This document shows, one piece after another, positions 59,042-64,000 of a stretch of 64,000 nt of DNA (the stretch's first letter is position 1; each line of letters opens with the position of its first letter). The translations under genes and the position numbers were made by a program. Source of the stretch: Candidatus Thorarchaeota archaeon (GTDB lineage: Archaea; Asgardarchaeota; Thorarchaeia; Thorarchaeales; Thorarchaeaceae); NCBI GenBank assembly GCA_048882385.1, contig JBHLRQ010000001.1:13340-77339 (forward strand), given 5' to 3'. The notes beneath the pieces are model-generated. The model was not told the origin of the DNA. It was given only the letters and a program-made list of their open reading frames with translations, and ran no database searches.

Positions 59042-59251
59042 ATGACAGAGGATGCTGGTCTGATTCAAAATGAAAAGGGAGGTCCATTAGTAGAAGAGAG
59101 TCTTCTCCTAGGCCTTGCTGTTGTGACTGTTTCTATCGTGATTGCTGTCATCCTCCAAGCCACAGGGTGGGCACAGGATGTTGTAGAAGGGTTACTTCAA
59201 CTTCTGCAAGACAGTTGGAGTAGTCTAACCCAGTTATTTAGTACGCCATAG
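59042..59251 (+). CDS. small membrane protein (possible class III signal / pilin-like)
   Basis: 69 aa; charged N-terminus ...NEKGG followed by a 20-aa hydrophobic helix LLLGLAVVTVSIVIAVIL. Confidence 0.35.
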   Translation: MTEDAGLIQNEKGGPLVEESLLLGLAVVTVSIVIAVILQATGWAQDVVEGLLQLLQDSWSSLTQLFSTP

Positions 59252-59336
59252 TGATATTCCCTCTCTCCATGGGGAAAGGCTTATTTGCTAAGCTCTAAAC
59301 GGAGCTCTCGCGCTCCGGACTGGCATACCACTCCTG

Positions 59337-59446
59337 GCTCCGGTAGAAGGTTGTAGAATATCCTGCAGCAATACCGATTGTAGTCCGGCCCAGCATGGGG
59401 GACTCTCGATCCCCCGACCCGGGTTCAAATCCCGGCCGGAGCACCA
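59337..59446 (+). tRNA. tRNA-Glu (anticodon CUC) with ~33-nt insertion at a non-canonical position (between acceptor stem and D-arm)
   Basis: The 5' end GCTCCGG and the 3' part TGTAGTCCGGCC...GGGGA-CTCTCGA-TCCCC-CGAC-CCGGG-TTCAAAT-CCCGG-CCGGAGC-A-CCA match archaeal tRNA-Glu almost exactly, but are interrupted after about nt 8-10. Confidence 0.55.
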
Positions 59447-59453
59447 CATCTTT

Positions 59454-61427
59454 TCAGCCAACAATGTATCGCCGTCTGATTACTGGAATAGATACAATAC
59501 CAATAGAAAGTGTTACTACAAAAGCTATACCTGTTATTCCAACACCTTCTATCGACATAATATCGCTAGCTGATATTTCGATTTGCACTGAACCTTGGGT
59601 TGATTCAATTGAATTCGTAGGTTCTGATTCAAAGTAGAGAGAATAACTACCACTAGCAACAGGAACTGCAAGGCGAAGGACTATCTGACCTCTGTTAATA
59701 CTTTCAGAAACATAATGTTGGGAGAGCCAATTGAAATTTACAATGACTCCTGATAGTAGTGACCCGTTTAGACCTTTTACTGTAAACAAGACAGATAACT
59801 CACGCAGCGGAGCTACTACCTCGTATGAATCCATCTTGATAGTTATTGGCATGATAATAGTGACAAGAAAATCATAGAAGTATATTGATGTAAGTTCAAA
59901 TCTTGTTGAGTTTCCATTATATGTAATGGATATGTTATGTAGATTTTCGTTGGGCGGAGCTAGGAGTGTGAAAATAGCTAGTCCTTCGCTATTGGTAATC
60001 GTGGAAGTAACAACTTCATTATCTAGAAATCCCTGTAGCTGTCTACTTGAACAGTTTCCAATCCAGTCAGTAAGTCGAATTGTAAAAATGATTTCTTGAT
60101 TTGGAGAAGCATAATGGTCTATACCTGTATGTACTAGTGTTATTTTGGGACGAGACCAAGCAGTAAAGTTGGTCAATATGTGATTATTAGAAATGAATGG
60201 ATTTCCTAGAATTTCTATATCGAGTGTATGGAGTCCTGAGGGTCCCTCAAGAAGATACTGAAAATCAATTACTGTTTCATCTTCAATATGAATCGAGAAC
60301 ATTTGATTTGAGGAAATATCTAGGAGGAATAGATCAGAGTTGGAGATTGGTCGATTCAGAAGATCAGATACTGTAAATTTAATGAGTACATTCAATCCAA
60401 TTTCTGTAGGACCGGAAATTGAAGCATCTAATATCAATGGACTAGTTATTGTTATAGTTACTTCAAGTGTTGACTCTGAATAGCGCTCAGTTCCATTGTA
60501 ATGTATCTTTAATACATGAGTGCCTAGTGAAAATCTCTCATCGACAGTTGTATGAAGATTGGCTTGTCCTAAACTATCAGTAACAAGAAAACAAAGATGA
60601 ATGTCATTGACTGTGGCTTCAAGAGTTTCCCCAGGAAGAATGTCGCTATCTTCAGATAATGTCATTTGCAGATCTATGGCTGTATTGAGTTCTATCTCAC
60701 TTGAGGGATTCGAGGTGAAGTCTAGGTAAGTGGAAATTTGTTTGATTTCTATTGTGAATGTAAAATCTGTACTATTCAAGAAATTGATCAAATCTTGCTC
60801 GAATGAGATTCGTATAGTATTCTCGCCAAGCGAAACCCAAGAGCTGTTACACTCGATCTCAAAGACTACATAGCCGGATGTATTTGTCATTCCTGTTGCA
60901 AGCAATATGGAGCCCTTGAAAACTGAAATTTGGGCGTTTGGCACTGAATAGTTAGAATCGTCTACTAAGTGAGAACTAAAGGATAGTAGGTCTCCTGGAG
61001 CAAGTATTTCAAGACTCTGGTTCAGTTCTATGTGAGTTTGTGAGAGAATCAAGAGAGATACTCGTTGATATGAAGGAGCTAAAGAGAGAGATTCATTTCC
61101 AAAGAAAGTTGCATTAATGATAGTGGGTCCTAAGGGATGGCTTTGTGGTATCATCCATTCAAGAAACGCAATCCCATTTTGATCTGAAATTGCATAACCA
61201 ATGAATATGTTGTATGTCTGATCAAAAAAGTATATCCTTTGATTTTGAACGGGATTTTCATAACTTCCATTCTGGAGAATCGTGGCTGTAATTGTGATTA
61301 TTTCACCACGGACAATTGGTATTTCATCCTTAGCCTCTGCGATATCAGAATTGAGAGTGACTAAGGAGATCGGGATAAGAAACACGATTATTACTGAGAT
61401 TAACCAAAACTTTCTGATATCTGACAC
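59454..61427 (-). CDS. large surface protein: signal peptide, N/S/T-rich beta-rich ectodomain, C-terminal TM anchor plus RRR tail
   Basis: N-terminal hydrophobic segment; C-terminus GITGIAFVVTLSIGIVSIPVIRRRYIVG. Confidence 0.5.
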   Translation of the reverse strand: MSDIRKFWLISVIIVFLIPISLVTLNSDIAEAKDEIPIVRGEIITITATILQNGSYENPVQNQRIYFFDQTYNIFIGYAISDQNGIAFLEWMIPQSHPLGPTIINATFFGNESLSLAPSYQRVSLLILSQTHIELNQSLEILAPGDLLSFSSHLVDDSNYSVPNAQISVFKGSILLATGMTNTSGYVVFEIECNSSWVSLGENTIRISFEQDLINFLNSTDFTFTIEIKQISTYLDFTSNPSSEIELNTAIDLQMTLSEDSDILPGETLEATVNDIHLCFLVTDSLGQANLHTTVDERFSLGTHVLKIHYNGTERYSESTLEVTITITSPLILDASISGPTEIGLNVLIKFTVSDLLNRPISNSDLFLLDISSNQMFSIHIEDETVIDFQYLLEGPSGLHTLDIEILGNPFISNNHILTNFTAWSRPKITLVHTGIDHYASPNQEIIFTIRLTDWIGNCSSRQLQGFLDNEVVTSTITNSEGLAIFTLLAPPNENLHNISITYNGNSTRFELTSIYFYDFLVTIIMPITIKMDSYEVVAPLRELSVLFTVKGLNGSLLSGVIVNFNWLSQHYVSESINRGQIVLRLAVPVASGSYSLYFESEPTNSIESTQGSVQIEISASDIMSIEGVGITGIAFVVTLSIGIVSIPVIRRRYIVG

Positions 61428-61586
61428 CTCCTTGGGTTTGTGTTCAGTTTATCAGTCCGGATTCGGGTTTTTATTCTCCTACAGTGTTCATTTTCTATCA
61501 GATAATTTAGGGGTGTTCATATGCTCAAGGCTAGTACGAGGGTTTGGTTCTAGAGGACTGCATTCACACTGACAAGGAGAATATTC

Positions 61587-64000
61587 ATGCCCTTTCGCTT
61601 GCTACGTGTAGATGATACAAAACTAACTCTTCATTCAAAACAGGAGAGATCTTGGTTCTGGATTAGAATAAGTTGGATTAGTGGAATCTCGCTTGCTGGC
61701 ATCTATTTACTGTTAGTGTATATTTTTCCATTGTTGGGATTGATGATTCAACCTCATATACCCTTCAAAATGTTCCTGGAATTAATGATCTGCCTAGTCC
61801 CACTCCTAACAGGTTTTTTAGTTACTCTTAAGAAAATTCAGTTTCAAAAACCAGTTATTTCGGTAGATAATAACGTATTACTTGTTCAATTAGATAACTA
61901 TGTGATTGGTACATGTTGCTTGGACATAATTTCGGTATCAGGTTCTGTTTTTCTTGACGATGAGGGTAAACCAAAGTATAACGAAAGTATGTTGCTGGCC
62001 ATGCGTGCAGGAATGAGCAAAACAGTAAGCATGGCCTTTGAAGCTGGTGTATTTGAAAACGAACCGTATTTGCGTATCTTCATCACTGCAACTGGACAAA
62101 CTGCTAAGCAAATTACTGAGATTCTTAGAAGAGAAGCAACCAGAACAGAAGCAATTCTATTGGCATCACTACGTAACGTAGAACTCAACTTAATCGAAAA
62201 TGAACATCTACAAGAAGTGGCACTTAGTCACTATAGTGGACTACTGGATTTTGAGAAATTCACTTCAAATAAAGAGGAAGAGTCTTCTGTTTTGATGATG
62301 TTACGAGGGACACCTCGATCATCCCCATCTTTAGAAGCATCTCAGATTGGAACTTTTATCTCCACAGCTCTTAGACAAGGGTATTCAACAAGCATGACCT
62401 GTGTATTTTCAACTGCCAAACCTGGAAAAGAAAAACGTAAACTCGAAGGACAATGGAAGACTATCCAAGCTAAAGAGAGAAGAAAAGAGGAGTCTTTACA
62501 AGAACATGCAGCCAAAAAGAAACTTCTTACTCGATATGAGGAGATTCAAGATGAGATAGGCTGGTTTGATACGACGGTATATTTTATTGTGAAATCTACC
62601 TCTAATAGGAAAATTGATGCTGATTTAGACGGTATGAAGGGGTTTGTATATTCGATATGGGGAGGAAATGATTCAATTAAACTCGTAACTAAGAAGATTC
62701 AGACACGTACAGCGTATAGGCTTCTTACTAGGAGACATTTGAAACGTCAACGGATGCATATAGCTAGACTTGCTTCTTTTGTAAATACTCCAATTCAACA
62801 GCTTCCAGTTATCACACCAATACAAGCTCCTTCTTTTTCTGTTCCTACTAAGGAGCTAGTGGATAACGATTTGGTCATTGCAGAAACAGTATTCGGTGGT
62901 CGACGTCTATCAAAAGTAGGTTTGAAAGTTGATTGGTTAAGAGAACATGTTGCAGTCTTGGGAGCAACTGGAACAGGCAAGACAACACTTGTGAAACATC
63001 TCATGACACAGTTGAGCGAGAATACAAGTGTGCCTTGGTGGATATTTGACGTAAAGGGTTCAGAATATCATAGTCTTGTAAGATATGGCAAGTCTGAAGT
63101 TTTGGTTCTAAAACCAGGTGTTGATGATTCTTTTACTTTGGATCTTATCGATCCGGAGATGAAAGGAAATGAAAACTGTGCTTATTCTACATTTATCATT
63201 TTGAAAGAGCTTCTAAATGAACGGGGTGATTCTTCGGAGCTTTCTCCAGCAATGGAGAAGTTACTTAGAGAATCTGTGGTAGAAGTTGTGAAATCATTGG
63301 GAGATCAAAATTCAGTACAAGCCCTTAGTGGTAAAATATCAGAACTTGCGAATAAAGATAGGATTGGGAATATGACAAGGGATGCACTTCTAAATCGGCT
63401 TGAAATACTAACTAGAGAGCCTCTGGGATCAATACTAAAAGGTGGTCCTGATGCTGTTAGAATCTCAGATCTTTTGGATAGACGTGTAATTCTTGATTTG
63501 AGCTATATTGCTAGAAAAGGAGGGATGGATGCTGCTAGATTATTCTATAATCTAGTAGCTAAACGTATTTTTGATAGTTCTATGAAACGGGGGATATCTG
63601 ATGGACTACATCATGTTGTTGTTCTTGAAGAAGCAAGTAATCTTGTTCCGGAGAGTTATACAAGACACTCAGCCGCAGACGTGACAACTGGTGAATCGAT
63701 GGTTATGCTTCAACGTGCAACCGGACAAGGTGTCATTGTTGTATCAACACGACCCAACATTTCTTCGAATATTTTAGCAAATACTTCAACTAAAATTGCG
63801 TTCCGCTTGCCATATGACAGTCAGGTTGGTGGCAGGTTCATGTCATTAAGTGAAGAACAGGAGCGATATTTGCGAATTTTGAAACGAGGCAGAGCATTGA
63901 TGAGTATTCCTCATACTGAAACATTTGAGATAGCGACTAAACCATTTGTTGACTCGTCTGATGATGAATCATTAACAGTGGTTACGCCAATAACTCAAAC
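61587..64000 (+). CDS. membrane-anchored VirB4/TrbE/CedB-like (HerA/FtsK superfamily, AAA_10) ATPase, 3' partial (>804 aa)
   Basis: Not in the ORF track because it has no stop within the window; the frame was verified codon by codon from ATG 61587 (AGGAGA Shine-Dalgarno 8 nt upstream) to 64000. Two N-terminal TM helices; Walker A VLGATGTGKTT at about aa 460; Walker B VVVLEEASNL; HerA-like QRATGQGVIVVSTRPNI. Confidence 0.65.
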   Translation, partial: MPFRLLRVDDTKLTLHSKQERSWFWIRISWISGISLAGIYLLLVYIFPLLGLMIQPHIPFKMFLELMICLVPLLTGFLVTLKKIQFQKPVISVDNNVLLVQLDNYVIGTCCLDIISVSGSVFLDDEGKPKYNESMLLAMRAGMSKTVSMAFEAGVFENEPYLRIFITATGQTAKQITEILRREATRTEAILLASLRNVELNLIENEHLQEVALSHYSGLLDFEKFTSNKEEESSVLMMLRGTPRSSPSLEASQIGTFISTALRQGYSTSMTCVFSTAKPGKEKRKLEGQWKTIQAKERRKEESLQEHAAKKKLLTRYEEIQDEIGWFDTTVYFIVKSTSNRKIDADLDGMKGFVYSIWGGNDSIKLVTKKIQTRTAYRLLTRRHLKRQRMHIARLASFVNTPIQQLPVITPIQAPSFSVPTKELVDNDLVIAETVFGGRRLSKVGLKVDWLREHVAVLGATGTGKTTLVKHLMTQLSENTSVPWWIFDVKGSEYHSLVRYGKSEVLVLKPGVDDSFTLDLIDPEMKGNENCAYSTFIILKELLNERGDSSELSPAMEKLLRESVVEVVKSLGDQNSVQALSGKISELANKDRIGNMTRDALLNRLEILTREPLGSILKGGPDAVRISDLLDRRVILDLSYIARKGGMDAARLFYNLVAKRIFDSSMKRGISDGLHHVVVLEEASNLVPESYTRHSAADVTTGESMVMLQRATGQGVIVVSTRPNISSNILANTSTKIAFRLPYDSQVGGRFMSLSEEQERYLRILKRGRALMSIPHTETFEIATKPFVDSSDDESLTVVTPITQ

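Noticed and set aside
61282-61572. 96-aa plus-strand ORF and 61898-62188 minus-strand ORF from the track
   Set aside because: The first overlaps the 5' end of the surface-protein gene on the opposite strand and has no motifs. The second is antisense inside the verified >800-aa VirB4/HerA-like ORF. Both are judged spurious.

Overview
This window looks like an archaeal chromosome segment, about 40% GC, with tight operons and Shine-Dalgarno use. Its gene content is more consistent with an Asgard- or TACK-like archaeon than with a classical euryarchaeote. The supporting features are an Rpb8-like Rpo8 subunit, an MglA/Roadblock small-GTPase module, an RGG/RD-rich tail on Csl4, and bulge-helix-bulge (BHB)-type tRNA introns, one of them at a non-canonical position.

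The window is dominated by two DNA-replication islands:
- Island 1 (1.1-10.2 kb): the operon PCNA-PriS-Gins15 (minus strand), the transcription elongation factor TFS, an RpoL-Csl4-METTL5-like methyltransferase operon, Orc1/Cdc6-1 with an upstream origin-recognition-box (ORB) element, and the PolD small subunit DP1 on the opposite strand.
- Island 2 (42.7-52.3 kb): the operon Gins23-MCM-Hel308, the divergent RFC small and large subunits, TruA, and a second Orc1/Cdc6.

Between and around the islands are information-processing genes: the KEOPS genes Kae1, Bud32 and Pcc1 plus ribosomal protein S15 and an apparently inactivated RecJ/Cdc45-like protein; ribosomal protein S3Ae; an Sm-like protein; an RNase E/G-like FAU-1 protein; Trm11; a GPN-loop GTPase; LigT; a histone-deacetylase-like protein; the transcription factor TFB with Rpo8; and five tRNAs, three of them with introns (Ser-CGA and Pro-UGG in the anticodon loop, Glu-CUC at a non-canonical position).

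Candidate novel or accessory content:
- A three-gene operon of a tandem-Roadblock protein, an unknown 306-aa protein, and an MglA-like GTPase.
- A pyrG-nurA-herA operon with an extra acidic protein and no adjacent Mre11/Rad50.
- A tandem pair of micro-ORFs, one extremely acidic (26 aa) and one extremely basic (21 aa), with a Shine-Dalgarno sequence upstream and a hairpin plus T-tract terminator downstream.
- A 3' terminal cluster of two large secreted or surface proteins, a VirB11/FlaI-type ATPase with an N-terminal Cys4 module, a small pilin-like membrane protein, and a membrane-anchored VirB4/HerA-like ATPase longer than 800 aa. That last ORF runs off the window end and is absent from the supplied ORF track. 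The cluster may be a DNA-transfer (Ced/Ted- or conjugation-like) machinery.

All assignments come from motif recognition by eye; no database searches were run.
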